Shown here: positions 1 to 13,643 of the stretch, piece by piece | How positions within the stretch are numbered: the stretch's first letter is position 1 | Layout of the letters: the number at the start of each line of letters is the position of its first letter | Assembly (NCBI RefSeq): GCF_036321535.1 | Contig: NC_087436.1 | Coordinates: 85,190,001 to 85,254,000, forward strand | Origin: Camelus dromedarius | Lineage: Eukaryota | Length of the DNA: 64,000 nucleotides | Direction of reading: 5' to 3' | The notes under the pieces: generated by a model | Database searches by the model: none | Seen by the model: only the letters and a program-made list of their open reading frames with translations | What the model was told of the DNA's origin: nothing | Translations under genes and position numbers: made by a program

Positions 1-593
1 AGGCATGTACAGCTGCCCAGGAGATAGGTACACATTTAAAGAATCTCTTTTAGAAAGCTTATAGTGCTTCATTAATGTTACCTGCTGTTACTATATTAGC
101 GATAAGAATGGTGTCATCTCATTTTGCCCTGTTCTGAACAATTTATGTACATTGTCTAAATTATTCATTGCCACAGTTGTAGAAAGTAGGTAATCATTAT
201 TATCTCCACAAGTAAACTGAGACACAGTAAGGTTAGCTAATTTACTTACAATCCTATATCTCATTGGTGGCAGAGATAGGACTAGAGTTTAGACCCACCT
301 CTATACCACATGCTATTCAGAAGTTTGTTTTAATAATAGGTTTTACTTGCTTCTCTGATCCTCCTCCGCAAATCTTTCCCTCTTAGGTGTCCTCTAAAGC
401 TTAATTACATATTTAATATACATTTATAATGCCTTAGGCTGGTCTCATAAACCTCTCTCTATGAAAATAAATCATATTATATAATATCAACTATATAGAA
501 CATTTTTAGAGTAAAGTCACTTCACAGAAGAAACATCGTTCACTCCAAGTGATGTGGGCACTAAGCTCCATGGTGTATTAAAAAGATCTGACA

Positions 594-853
594 TTTTTTT
601 TAAACATTTTTTAATTGAGCTATAGTCATTCTACAATGTTCCGTCAAATTCCATTGTAGAGCACAATTTTTCAGTTATACATGAACATACATACATTCAT
701 TGTCACATTTTTTTCCACTGTGAGCTACCACAAGATCTTGTATATATTTCCCTGTCCTATACAGTATAATCTTGTTTATCTATTCTACATATGCCTATCA
801 GTATCTACAAATTTTGAAATCCCAGTCTATTCCTTCCCACTCCCCTCCCCCAG
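594..853 (-). mobile_element. Young, 5'-truncated L1 3' end
   Basis: T-rich tail, then reverse complement of the L1 3'UTR seen at 46000-46200; candidate TSD gatctgaca/gacctgaca at the flanks. Confidence 0.8.
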
Positions 854-1136
854 GACCTGACACTTCTATTAACTAGCTGGGCAATTTTGGACTAGTAGTT
901 TCAAGTATTAGACCTTGGTTTCCTCATTAATGTAAGTGAGAGAATGATTCTTGACCAGCGTTTCCTAAGGTTTGTTCCACTGAATGCCAGTCTATCAGAA
1001 ATGGATTTCATGATCAAGGAAGGCTAAGTAAGAGTTCACAGAATTATATATGTAGATTTAAATGTGAATGATACCTTTGGCTAAAAAACAGATTCATAAC
1101 TAATAATGTGAATCAAAAATATTTTTTTCTTTTCAG

Positions 1137-1284
1137 TAATGCAGTACGGGAAAGGCAAATCATGTTATTACAGGTTCCTGACCAAAGGACAACAGTGGAT
1201 TTGGCTTCAGACTCACTATTATATCACTTACCATCAGTGGAATTCAAGGCCAGAGTTTATTGTTTGTACTCACACTGTAGTAAG
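1137..1284 (+). CDS. CLOCK: CLOCK coding exon (exon 14, numbered so that the Delta19 exon is 19); end of PAS-B/PAC
   Basis: ttttcag| ... |gtaaga; translates (L)[48 protein letters not shown](S), matching CLOCK PAS-B/PAC; upstream exons lie outside the window. Confidence 0.97.
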
Positions 1285-1834
1285 GTAAGAATTCTTTTAC
1301 AGAATTTCTGAATTATAGAAACATCCATAATGATTCTAGAAAGTAATTTTATGTATGACTTGTTAATTTGTTAATTCCCCCTCATTTTTGATACATATTT
1401 TCAATTTATTATTAAATTTACTTGTAAGTATTATATAGAAATATAAGTATATAGAGATTTATAATTCTTCACATAAATTTTATGACTTAGAGCAGTAGTT
1501 GTAACTGTCTTTTATATATTAGTCAGTTATGTAAAAGGAGAACTGGAGGAGATAAAGTATACTTCCTATTTATTTATTCATTTCCCCATAATTTAAGTTC
1601 TGTGTAGTTACAGATCATTTGCAGTAGCACATAAACTTTTGACGTACGTAGGAAAATGGAGAAATTTTAATTAAGATAATATGCTGTAGCTATGTTTTAT
1701 GTTTCTGTGGTACATAGAAAATGGCCTAGAATTCATGATGAACAAGACACATAACAAACACTGAATGGTTGCACCTCTGCAGTATTTTAAATGAATGATC
1801 AAACACTGAAATTCTTTTTTTCCCCCGTTTATAG

Positions 1835-1910
1835 TTACGCAGAAGTTAGGGCTGAAAGACGACGAGAACTTGGCATTGAAGAGTCTCTTCCAGAGACAGC
1901 TGCTGATAAA
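1835..1910 (+). CDS. CLOCK: CLOCK coding exon 15
   Basis: tttatag| ... |gtatgt; 76 nt; [25 protein letters not shown]; phase continues from the previous exon. Confidence 0.97.
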
Positions 1911-2362
1911 GTATGTATCTTACAGTTTTTTTTTAATTATTTTATTTCTTCACAATGAAAGACAAGACTCAATAATTTATGGGAAAATTATTTTTCAAAT
2001 ATTTCATTTCCTCACTTGTGACAGTGCTGTAATTATACTTTACTGTTTTTTATATTAAATTTAATTTTTTAAAACTTCATCTGCTTCTAAAAAAGATTTG
2101 AAAGGCCTGCTATTTAGTGCTAATTATATGAGAGACATATACGATCTCAGATTTAAATTAACAGTTATTACAATGTGCTAGTCTCTGCCTAGGTTTTTAT
2201 ATGAATTATGAAATGTCATTTATTCCTCAGACATCCTTATCTGGGTAGATAATATCTCTACTTTGAAAATATTAAAACAGAACATGAAGACTCATGGTTG
2301 GGAAGTTATAGTCAGATTTTGAACTTTGGTTTCTCTTATCATTATATTAGGTAGAAGTGTAG

Positions 2363-2927
2363 TGTATTAGTTACCTTTTGCTGTGTAACAAAACTTAATG
2401 ATTAAATTAAATAGCATGCATTTATTATCTCATAGTTTCTGTGAGCCAAGAATCCAGACACAGTTTAATTGGGCCCTCTGGTTCAAAACTGGTCATGAGG
2501 CTGCAATCCAGGTGTCAGTAGGGGCCACAGTCACCTCAGGGCTCAACTAGGGCTGAATCTGTTTCTTAGCTTACTCAATGGTTGTTGGAATGATTGGGTT
2601 TCTCACTGGCAGTTAGACTGAGGGCCTTGGTTCCTTGCTGGCTGACGGCCAGGTACAATCCTCAGTTCCTTTCCAGGTGGCTCTTTCCATCAGAGCAAGT
2701 ATGCAAGAAAATCTAGGGAGAGAAAAATCCAGCAAGTCAGTCTTTGGTAACCTAATCACAGAGGTGATGTCCTATCACTTTTGTCTACTCTGTTCATTAG
2801 AAGCATATCACTAGTGTAGGGTAGACCCTTAATCCAATCCCCATTACTATACTAAAGGGGAGGGATTATACAAGGTTGTGAATACTCAGAGGTAGGAATG
2901 ATAATGAACCAGAAAGTGCCTATAACA
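2363..2927. mobile_element. MaLR (MLT1-like) solo LTR
   Basis: tgtattagtt...tgctgtgtaacaaaacttaa...catttattatctcatagtttctgtgagccaagaatccag, typical of MLT1; ends ...ataaca. Confidence 0.65.
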
Positions 2928-3074
2928 GGTATTTTTGATCTGTCGAAAAATAAGTGGAAGGAAAGAATCAAGAATCTATATAAAAAGTGAAATAAAATAG
3001 GCAGCATACTAGGGGACAGTATGGGGGAATATCATCCAGTCATTCAACGAACCTTATTAAGTACCTCCCATGCA

Positions 3075-4172
3075 CAGTGAGCGAAACCATCAACAAAATG
3101 GAAGGGAACCCTACCGAATAGGAGAAGATACTTGCAAGTGATATATCCAGTAAGGGGTTAATATCCAAAATATGTAAAGGATTCATTCTACTCAATAACA
3201 AAAAACTGAACAATCTGATGAATAAATGGGCAGAGGACCTGAATAGACATTTTCCCAAAGAAGGCATATGGATGGCCAGCAGACACATGAAAATATACTC
3301 ATCATCTCTCTAATCATCTAATCATCAGGGAAATGCAAATCAAAACCACAGCAAGGAATCACCTGATACCTGTCAGAATGGCCGTTTTCAAAAAGACAGC
3401 AGATAACAAATGTTGGTAAAGATGTGGAGAAAAGGGAACCCTTATGCACTGTTGATGGAATTGTAAGTTGGTGCAGTCACTATGAAAAACAGTATGGAGG
3501 TTCTTCAAAAAATTAAAAATAGTACAGTCTATTAATTCTACTTCTGTATATTTACCTGAAGAAAACAAAAACACTAAGTCGAAAAGATTTATGCAACCCT
3601 GTGTTCATTGCAGGATTATAACCAAGATATAGAAGCAACCTAAGTGTCCATCAGTAGATGAATGGATAAAGATATGGTGTGTGTGTATGTGTATGTGTAT
3701 GTATATACATACACACAATGAAATACTACTCAGCCATTAAAAAAAGAATGAAGTCTTGCTATTTGCAACAACGTGCATGGGTCTTGAGGGCATTATGCTA
3801 AGTGAAATAAATCAGAGAAAGATAAATTATCTCACTTATCTGTGGAATTAAAAAAACAAATGAACAAACAAAACAAAACAGACTCACAGATACAGAGAAC
3901 AGACTGGTAGTTGCCAGAGGGAGGGGGTTGTGGGGTGGGACAGAATAGGTAAAGGGATTAAGAGGTTCAGTCTTTGAGTTATAAAATAAATGAGTCACAG
4001 GGATGTAATATGCAGCATAAGGAGTATGGTCAGTTATGCTGTAATAACTTTGTATGGGGACAGATGATTACTAGACTTAATGGTAATCACTTTGTAATGT
4101 ATTTAAATGTTGAATCACTATATTGTACACCTGAAACTAACAATACTGTACATCAGCGATACTTTAGTTAAA
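3075..4172 (+). mobile_element. L1 (L1MA-like) 3' fragment inserted in an L2 tail
   Basis: Degenerate ORF2 C-terminus (aaatgggcagaggacctgaatagacatttt, gaaatgcaaatcaaaaccaca) plus L1 3'UTR. Confidence 0.85.
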
Positions 4173-4439
4173 AAGTGCCTTTCCAGGAAGTACTGGATAT
4201 GGCTCTATATGCTGAGAATATAGCAGTGAATAACACAAACAAGTTCTCTGCTCTCATGGGCCCACATGAAAGGCTTTTTCCAAAGAGGCCTTGTCTGCTT
4301 AGAGGAAGAAGATCCAGTATGTTTTAGTAAAAAGAAATTTTCTGAGAAAAGTGCTTAAATCTAGGATTCTTTGAAATAAGGGTCATTATAGAAACCAAGG
4401 TCATATATATAGACGTTGTTCCTCCTTACTTTCTCTTTT

Positions 4440-5960
4440 TCCCTCATGTCTGTGTCCAGTGCTAGGAAATTCATCTAGCCCTACTTCCCAAATATACTCC
4501 AACTATGTCTACTTTCTCACCACGTTTACTGTTACCACCATAGTCTTCCTGGAGTTTAGGGAAGAAGTACACTTGAGATACATTTTTCAGAACTTCAGTG
4601 TATGAATGGTTTTAAAGTCATGAATCTAAATTGATCACCAAGAGAATGAGTATAGAGAGAAGATAACCCAGGACTAGGCACCAGGGCACTCCAACATGAA
4701 GAGGACAAGGAGACCCAATCACAGGAGACCAAGGGGAAATAGCCAGTGAGGTAGGAATAAAACTAGGAAATTCAGTTGTCCTAGAAGCCAAGAAAAGAAG
4801 ATGTGTCAGTGAGAAGTGGACAATCAGCTTTGTCAGATCCTGCAGAAATTGGTTAAATTAGATGAGCACTGAGAATTGAGCAGAGTCCAACAACGTGTAT
4901 TCATTTATCCATAAGAACAGACCAGGAGGAATAGTAATACGAGGGAAAGCCTGATTAGAGTGGGTTTAGAAGATAATTTTCTGGGATAAGGGGAATTAGA
5001 GTGATTTGCTTTTTAAGGTGGGAGAAATAATAGCCTGTTTGTATACTGATGAGAATGGTCTGATGGAGAAAAATTGGTGACAGAGAAAGCAGGAGAAATG
5101 CTAGAGCAATTTTCTTGAGTAGGTGAGAGAAGATGGAATCTAGTCCACAAGTGGACAGATTAGGCTTAGCAAGGTAGAGGAGCAGATGATTCAGCTGTAG
5201 AAGGGATTGGCAAACTCTGGCTCTTAGGCCAAATCTGGCCATCTGCCTCGTTTCATAACACCCACAAGCTGCAAGTATGTTTTTTTACGCATTTTTAAGT
5301 ATTGAAGAAAGTCAGAAGAAAATGTTTTGTGACACATGAAAACTATATCATCAAATTCCACAGCCACACTCATTTATATGTTGCATATGGCTGCTTTTGT
5401 ACTATAGCAGTTGGCCTGCAAAGCCTAAAATACTGACCCTCTGACCCTTACAGAAAAGGGTGGTGATCCCTGATCTATAGTAACATAAAGAAAGGTAGAA
5501 CATGTGAGTACATATGCTGGAAGGGAGGCTGGTGTAATAGTGGGAGCTGTGGCAATACTCTACTGTGAAATGTGAAGCAGAGTCAGAGATTTGAGAAGAG
5601 GGAGGAGTGTTAAATAGTTTTCTACGAGAGTAAGAAGGTGAATGGACAAGGGAATTTTAGTCTGTTTGGCAGGAAGGATTAAGGTCTCATTGAGGTTCTT
5701 GGCTATAAAGAAAGAACAGTCACCATGTTGTGTTTCTTCAGCCATGTTAGCTGTGCAGGAACAGATGTGGACTAGGTTAAAAAAAATTGGGGTTAACCAG
5801 CATTGAGATTTTTCCCACGGAAGTGTGGTGAAGGGAGATAGAAACAAGGGAGTTGATGGTATACTCAAGAGTGTGGTTGTAATGGTTAACCATGATTTTA
5901 GGTTGGGTAAAGAGGGGAGAGAAGACATAAGTGAGAGAGTGATTGTGAAAATGTGGTAGA
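4440..5960. mobile_element. L2 fragments with a nested MER58-like hAT-Charlie element (~5200-5472)
   Basis: L2-type purine-rich sequence; agggattggcaaact...ggccaaatctggcc...ggcctgcaaagcctaaaata...gatccctg. Confidence 0.6.
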
Positions 5961-5964
5961 ATCA

Positions 5965-6940
5965 GTGTATGAATTTGATTCCTATAGGTACCTCATGTGA
6001 GTGGAGTCCTACAGTATTTGTATGTGACAGGTTTATTTCATTTGGCATAACGTCTTCAAGGTTCATTTATGTTACAGCGTGTGTCAGAATTTCCTCTTAA
6101 GGGCTGAATAATATCCCACTGTATGTATATACCACATTTTGTTTATCCATTCATTCGTTAATGGACACTTGAGTTGCATCCATCTTTTGGCTGTTGTGAA
6201 AATGCTGCTATGAACATGGCTGTACAAATATCTGAATCCCTGCTTTTAATTCTTTTGAGAATACACCCAGAAATGGAATTTCTGGATCATATGGTAATTC
6301 TATATTTAATTTTGTGAGGAACTGTTAAGACGCTATTTTTTCATAGTAGCTGTGCTAATTTTACATTCTCGCCAGCACTGCACAAGGGTTCCAGTTTCTC
6401 CATATCCTTGCCAATGCTAATTATTTTCTGGGGTTTTTTTTTCCTTCTTTTTTTTAATAACAGCCATCTAGATGAATGTGAAGTGTTATTTCTTGGTTTT
6501 GATTTGCATTTCCCTAGTTATTAGTGACATTAAGCATCTTCTTGTGTGTTTATTGGCTGCTTATGTATCTTCTCTGCAGAAATGTCTATGCAGGACCTTC
6601 CCATTTTTTAATTGGATTGTGGGTTTTTTTTTTTTTTAACTCCTAGCCGTTGAGTGGTAGGAGTCTTTGTATATACTGGATATTAATTCTTTGCCTGATA
6701 AATGATTTACAAATGTTTTCTCCCATTCCATGGTGCCTTTCCACTCTGTAGTGTCCTTTGATGCGCTTTTGTTGCCTGTGCTTTTTAGTGTCATATCTAA
6801 GAAATCATTGCCCAATCCAGTGTCATAAAGCTTTTCCCCTTTTTTTCTAAAAGTTTTATTTCTTGTGTTTAGGTATTTGATCTATTTTGATTTAATTTTT
6901 CTGTATGATATAAGAGTCCAGCTTCATTCTTTTGCATCTT
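5965..6940 (-). mobile_element. L1 (L1MB-like) fragment
   Basis: Antisense L1 ORF2 end/3'UTR: accacattttgtttatccattc, ttgatttgcatttcccta. Confidence 0.85.
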
Positions 6941-7145
6941 TTGTTTCTTTAAATAGAGAATAAAGCCACAACTTTCTGGCTATAAAAAATAAGTTTTCAT
7001 TTCTTTTCCTAATACTACACAAGTACCTTTGTCTTGTTACGGATAAAAACTGACTTTGGGGAGGAGGAATTAACAAGCAATATTGCTAGTTTGGAATCTC
7101 CGAACTGAACCCAAGAAAACATTTATTTTACTCTTGTCTCCTTAG

Positions 7146-7287
7146 AGCCAGGATTCTGGGTCTGATAATCGTATAAATACAGTCAGTCTCAAGGAAGCAT
7201 TGGAAAGATTTGATCACAGCCCAACTCCTTCTGCTTCCTCCCGGAGTTCAAGAAAATCATCTCACACAGCAGTCTCAGACCCTTCCT
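7146..7287 (+). CDS. CLOCK: CLOCK coding exon 16 (Ser-rich phosphorylation cluster)
   Basis: ccttag| ... |gtgagt; [47 protein letters not shown]. Confidence 0.97.
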
Positions 7288-7821
7288 GTGAGTACCCTAA
7301 CTTGAAAGTAGGCTTCCTTTAAAGAAAGTGCTTCTAAATAGTTTGTGTTACTGGTATCAGAATTTTTATCAAATGCAGCTTTCAGATAATAAGTGTTTAC
7401 ATTTCTGAAATACATCCCAGTGAGCAGGAGGTACATTGCTCACATTTAGCAAAGAATTGAGTTTATAAAGGAGCCTATAAAATACATAGGTAGCAATGTT
7501 GGTATAGTTTTTAATCATTCCTCAAAAAGAAAGCAGAACTGTTACAGCAACAGTTTCTTGATTCTTTAAGTTCACAGAAGTTTTTTGTGTATGTATCTTG
7601 TCTTTATGAGACTTGCATAGTTGTCGTTAAATTGGTAACCTTTAACATTTTTTAAAAAGAGCTTAGCATTTTTATTCTGCAGAGTATTAAAACTATATGT
7701 AATAAGGGAAAGGGGGTTGTTTGAATTACTCAACATTGTGGGTAGAACATCAAAGAGGTTAAACATACAAGTTCTGAGGTCTTAGGAAAAAAAATTTTCC
7801 CTATTACAGCTATTTCACTGT

Positions 7822-8685
7822 TATTTTTAATAAGTTATTTTACTGTGGCAAGAATACTTAAAATGAGATCTCCTCTTTAAAAATATTAAGCTTACAATAC
7901 ATTATTGCCGACTACAGGCACAGTGCTGTACTGCAGATCTCTAGAGCTTACTCATTGTGCTGAGACTTTGTGCTCAGTGATTAATAATTCCCCCACCCTT
8001 GCTAGTCACCATTCTGTTCTTTGATTCAGTGAATCTGACTGTTTCAGATACCTCATGTAATGGAGTCATACAGTACCTGTCTTTCTGTCATTGGCTTATT
8101 TCACTTAGCATGACGTCTTCAAGGTTCATCTGTGTTTCATATTGCAGAATTTCCTTCCTTTTTCAAGTTGAATAGTATTTCATTGTATGTATACACCACA
8201 TTTTGTTAATTTATTCATCTGTCGAGGACATTCAGATTATTTTCGTATCTTAGCCATTGTGAATAGTACTTAAGTGAAAATTAGAATGTTAATATCTCTT
8301 CAAGATGCTGATTTCGATTCTTTTGGATAAATACCCAGAAGTGGGATTGCTGGGTCATATATAGTTGTCTGTTTTGAATTTTTTGAGAAACCTCCATTCT
8401 GTTTTCCATTGGCTGCATGATTTCCCATCCCACCAACGGTGTGCAAGGGTTCTAATTTCTCTACATTCCTGCCAACGCTGGTCTTTTGATTTTTTGGTAA
8501 TAGCCATCCTGACAGGTAGGGGTGATATCTTATTGTGGTTTTGATTTGCATTTCCCTGATGATTAGTGATGTTGAGTATTATTTCATGTACTGGTTGGCC
8601 ATCTGTATGTCTTCTATCTATTCAAGTCCTTAGGCCATTTTTTAATTGAGTTATTGGTTTTTTTTTGCTATCGAGTTGTAGGAAT
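7822..8685 (-). mobile_element. L1 (L1MA-like) 3' fragment
   Basis: Antisense L1 3'UTR and ORF2 end; track ORF 8300-8551 is degenerate ORF2 (MQIKTTIRYH...YDPAIPLLGIYPKE). Confidence 0.85.
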
Positions 8686-8911
8686 AGTAAACATTTTTAT
8701 ACTTAAAGTTTTCCTATTTTGAGTATTTTCTTTGTCCTTAAAAAAGAAATAATTAAAATGAATTATCTTACTGTCATAGATTTCATTTTTACTGAATAAT
8801 TTAGAAAAATAAAAATCATTTTTATTCACTGAAATGCATTTTGAGATTAACTTTTGAAAATTGTGTTTTATAAAGTACTAATGGTCTTCTGGTTTTGTTG
8901 ACTACCCTCAG

Positions 8912-9012
8912 CAACACCAACAAAGATCCCGACCGATACTAGCACTCCTCCCAGACCGCATTTACCAGCTCATGAAAAGATGTCTCAAAGGAGGTCATCA
9001 TTTAGTAGTCAG
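8912..9012 (+). CDS. CLOCK: CLOCK coding exon 17
   Basis: ccctcag| ... |gtaagc; (S)[33 protein letters not shown]. Confidence 0.96.
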
Positions 9013-9555
9013 GTAAGCTCTTTAGTTAGTACTCTTCTGAATAAAGATCTGTTAAAAGGGGAGAGAAATCATCTAGATCTTCATAAATTCATTTATTTAT
9101 TGTCCCTTTCTATAAAGTTCAAAACAGTTGACCATCTATAACACTTAAAGATCTTAATTTTTGTGTGAAATGGTTGTCAAACATATCAGTCCTTCTGATT
9201 ATTTTTCAGGTAAAGTGTTAGGTTTTGTTTTTTTTTTTAATTATGGAAAGCTGGTAATTTAGAGCCATTTTATATCTAATCTCAAATACCAGTCACCTTC
9301 AGTACAGTCCAGTCAGCTTTTATTGAGAGCCCATGCAAGGGAATGTGGTAGGTGCTTTGGAAGACAAAAAGAAAAATATGGCATAGGCATTTATAGATTA
9401 GAGTGGGGGACATGCCTGTACTCAGCTAAAAAAAAAAGAAAAAAATGAGGCAAATTGTAATTCAGTTATAAAGATGCCGGGGTGATATTTCTGGTGGAAG
9501 TACTCATGTATGGAAACAATTGTCACTCTAGTGTTATTTTTTATTTTGCCTCTAG

Positions 9556-9645
9556 TCTATAAATTCCCAGTCTGTTGGTCAATCATTAACACAGCCAGTG
9601 ATGTCTCAAGCTGCAAATTTACCAGTTCCACAAGGCATGTCCCAG
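9556..9645 (+). CDS. CLOCK: CLOCK coding exon 18 (90 nt, phase 0-0)
   Basis: cctctag| ... |gtattt; [30 protein letters not shown]. Confidence 0.96.
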
Positions 9646-11878
9646 GTATTTTTTGTTTCTTTGTTTCAGTTGAGTATTTTAAAATTATAAATTGTATTTA
9701 ATCTAATAAAGATTTTTGAAAAATATATACTTGTAGATGAAATATATCTCAACTGTGGGCATTTAAAATATCTTGGGATAGTTTTGATTGTTGATGGTGT
9801 TGGGGTACCATTGGCCCCTTAACAGGCAAGGGCCAAGGGGGATAATTGTCTTTTAGGATGCACAACAGTTTTGCACAACAAAGGATTATCCTGCTTAACC
9901 CCTATTGAGAAACACTATAGACAGAAAGATATTAAAGATGAAATATGGCTGTTCACTTTGTTCTTCCTTTGGATATTAGAAGAATTGAGTAATTTTATTC
10001 ATATATTGATTCATTTGTTCATATATAAGACATTTATTGAGTTTCTTGTGTTAGATACTGCAGGTGCAGGCAGTACAGATACATCTATATTAAAAGACTT
10101 GGTTGCATCTAGAGGGAATGACAGATAACTACAATGCAATGTTACATAGTCTGTGCTCAGTGTGTAAAGACTAATAGTGAGCACGTTAGATGGACTTTTC
10201 ATGCAGCCTGAGGAACTGAAGGAGGACCTTCCGGAAGAACTGTTGCTTGGGCTGTGTCCCAAAGGAGGCCTAAATACAGAAACCAGCATGACAAAGGAGG
10301 GGTATCACAAAAGTGACACTTCTGATTTTAATTTCACGCAACTTGTAATTTATGACTCTGTACTCATTCAGTGCTTCAAACACATTAAAAATACTAAGTT
10401 GTGGTAAAAATAATCCAAAATTTTCTGGTTTTGGCTTTAAAGATAACAGTATCTTAATTTCAAATAATGATCATTAACAGTAGATAGAAACAGTATTTTT
10501 CTAAAAATACCTTTATCTTACATGTTATTTAAATTATACATATATAATTATAGCTATTATAAATTATGACACTTGTACAAATATATTGACAATACTATAA
10601 ATTACCTAAATGTCATAATCTTGACTTCTAACAACATATGATCGTGTTAGGTATTTAAAATAGCACTGTATTATTAGTGACTGGAGTTGCAATAGTTTTT
10701 ATTAGCATTGAGTCCTCAAATGCTTTTTATTCTGAAGATTAACAGAATTTTTATGTAAGTATTTGACATATTTTCAATATAATTAGTTCATTACTCTGAA
10801 GATACTGAATAAGCATTTCTTAACATTATAAAGGAATATTTTAATGAAATAAATATCTACTACTATGTCAGAAATGTTAATAAGTTTTAAGATCTCATAT
10901 TTCATTCAGTGATAAAGCCACTTTGCCTCTCAGTTCTGTGATTTTATTTCGTATTATTTTGCCTTCTGTGTTTGTTATTTTTCTGTATGTACTTAATAGA
11001 AATCCTTTAAGTGGTAACAATGTAGTATTTCCTTAAAGGTATAGATAACTTTAGTTGGCATAAAATATATTTGTATGACATAAATATAACATTTTGAATG
11101 ATAAAAAATAATGTAAGGCATGATAAGGTAAAGGTACTAAAATCAAGATACTTAATTTGTAAGATTTCTGCACACTTACTATAGTCTATTGTATGGTATG
11201 ATCTGGTTATTGGCAACTTCAGAAGTCAGAGTTGTATACTTTGGAAAGTAATGTTCAGTATTCTCAATACAAACTTTTGAGGATAGAGTAAAAAAGCTTT
11301 TGGGGGGCATTTTTCACTTTCAGGTGCATTCACTATTTTAAGATTAAGACAGATTTCCAATTAAGTCTCTCTTTCTGCTCTTATCCTGTATCTTGTGCTG
11401 AATAGTCATGGAAATAATTAAATGGGCCTGTATAGACTTAAGCAGTAAATTATCAAATATGGCTAAGTTTCAAGCAGGAGTAAATAGAAGCTGCTTGTAA
11501 TTCAGATAAAACATAGAGAAATAAGTAAAATTGAAAACCTTATTTACGTTGAAAGTAGAATAACTGTGCTTTTATTCACTCCCTATTTACAAGTGCTTAG
11601 TCTTTAAAAGCCTAGGTTTTGTACTTGTCTGAGAACAGTTGCAGTGAAAATATGGGTAAAAATGTTATGGTTGGTTATCTGTCAGACTTATGTAACTTTC
11701 TAATGACATGCACAAAGAGGATATTCTAGGGATTCTAGAATTTGATGTGAATAACTAGGTATGAGCTACTCTTTCCTTTGTTAAAGGGGTAGAAATGAAG
11801 TAAAGTAACTTACTTTAGCAAGTGGTAGTGCCACAATATGAGCTCAGGTCTTCTAATGCCAGTGTGATTTATTCATCC

Positions 11879-12545
11879 TGTCATCAGTCAAGATTCAGTC
11901 AGAAGTTACAAGCCAGACCAGAAATTTAACAGCGATAATACAGAAAATTATTAACTGGTAACAGGGATTAACTTAAGAGAATTCTAAAGAATACAGGGAG
12001 AACAGGTGTAGAGAGCAGCCACTAACCGTGAGAGAGAGAGAGAGAGAGAAACTGAGGATGGAACATCTCAGAAGACACCTCCAACTAACTCCTGCCCCTC
12101 CAGGCCAGGCTAAGACTCAGATTCCATTGGGACAGGTATGGCTGTAGCCGCTGGGTGGTAGACAGATTCACTGAGGTGCCACACCTAGAGCTGAAGAACA
12201 TGAAGCCACCCGCTGGGGTATCAGTAAAATTTGCTGGGCAGCTGCCCACCGGGATGCCAGTGAGACTTGCTGGAAAACCACCTGCTGGAGTGCTGATGAC
12301 ACACATTCTTACTAGGATGCTACCCACTGGCATCAGAGCAAGAAGTAAAAGCACCAGAACCCAGAACCCAGACAGATAAGCACCTACCTCTGCAGTATTT
12401 CCCTCCAGCAGCATCTACTGACGTGACTGTGCCTACTGACAAAGAAGGAATATTAATAGGCTCCAGCTCCGGCTCCAGTATCACAAAGTTGAGCAAAGAT
12501 GGGTGAATTAGGAGCTGAGAGGCAGTACATATAAAACTGGTGTAG
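11879..12545. mobile_element. Probable old ERVL/MaLR-class LTR with internal degenerate repeats
   Basis: Starts tgtcatcagtcaagattcagtcag; GC-richer than its flanks; family not pinned down. Confidence 0.45.
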
Positions 12546-12646
12546 CATTCTTAGCTCGTGATATGCTGCTTACATTTCACATTATACAGTTAGGAGGAGA
12601 AGTGATTTTAAAGTATGTTACACTTTTTCTGTCCATGGTACTTCAG

Positions 12647-12799
12647 TTTCAGTTCTCAGCTCAGTTAGGAGCCATGCAGCATCTGAAAGACCAATTGGAA
12701 CAAAGAACTCGGATGATAGAGGCAAATATTCATCGGCAACAAGAAGAACTAAGAAAAATTCAAGAACAACTTCAAATGGTCCATGGTCAAGGGCTGCAG
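12647..12799 (+). CDS. CLOCK: CLOCK coding exon 19 (51-aa coiled coil, the segment deleted in mouse Clock-Delta19)
   Basis: cttcag| ... |gtcagt; 153 nt; [51 protein letters not shown]. Confidence 0.97.
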
Positions 12800-13643
12800 G
12801 TCAGTTATTATTATATTTGAATACAAACAAAGCCTGCTGTTCACATTTTGGTTTCTTAAGAAAATGACTTAATTAAAAATGAGATGCAAGAGATACGTGT
12901 CATCAATTTAGTTCAGTAAAATACTCATTGGTTACCTATTCAGTATGATTGCTTTTACAATCTCTAAAAGACAATTCATTCCTAAGAGTGTTGCAATCAA
13001 TATCATTGTTTCTCCAGATTGGAGTCATCCTTTAGCAGTCTAATATTTAGTAAGCTTAAATCCATAATATCAAAATAATACTTTATGTAGACTTCTAGGT
13101 GCATGCAGTAGGTACAGAATTTATAAGTCAATCATCAGTTATTTTTAAAATAACACACCAGTAGGTATGATTCAGATTAGTCTTATTTGGTCAGCAAATA
13201 GGGCCACTGTAAAGATATGTCTGTTTGAGGAAGTGAGGATTTTGGTAACGGGAAACTTTTAAGTGAAAACTACTTGTGTCTAATGCCAAGTATTATAAAT
13301 ATGAGTGATGCCAAGCTGCCAGTCCACTGACTTTGAGTAGCACCATGTTAGGGTAATGCTGGCTGATGTAATAATCTCCAACATGTAAAATGTCAAACAA
13401 GTGGAAGTTTTGAAATTTAAACACTTTTTCTGACAATTGGAAACATGGTAAGGGTTAGGATGATTGGAGGAATAAATATGAAGTACCATGTTTTATGCAG
13501 TAATTATTTATTGCTTGTTCATTCAGAATGACTTGTTACTTGCTTTTTAATCTTAATTTGTAGCTGCTTTTGCTTTTTTTAAAAAAATGCTTTCATTCTT
13601 TTTATTTATGAAGCTCATTTTAATATAATCTTTATTTTTAAAG

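Noticed and set aside
10752..11696. D-box-like TTATGTAA motifs in CLOCK intron 18
   Set aside because: Expected by chance in very AT-rich sequence; no conservation evidence available
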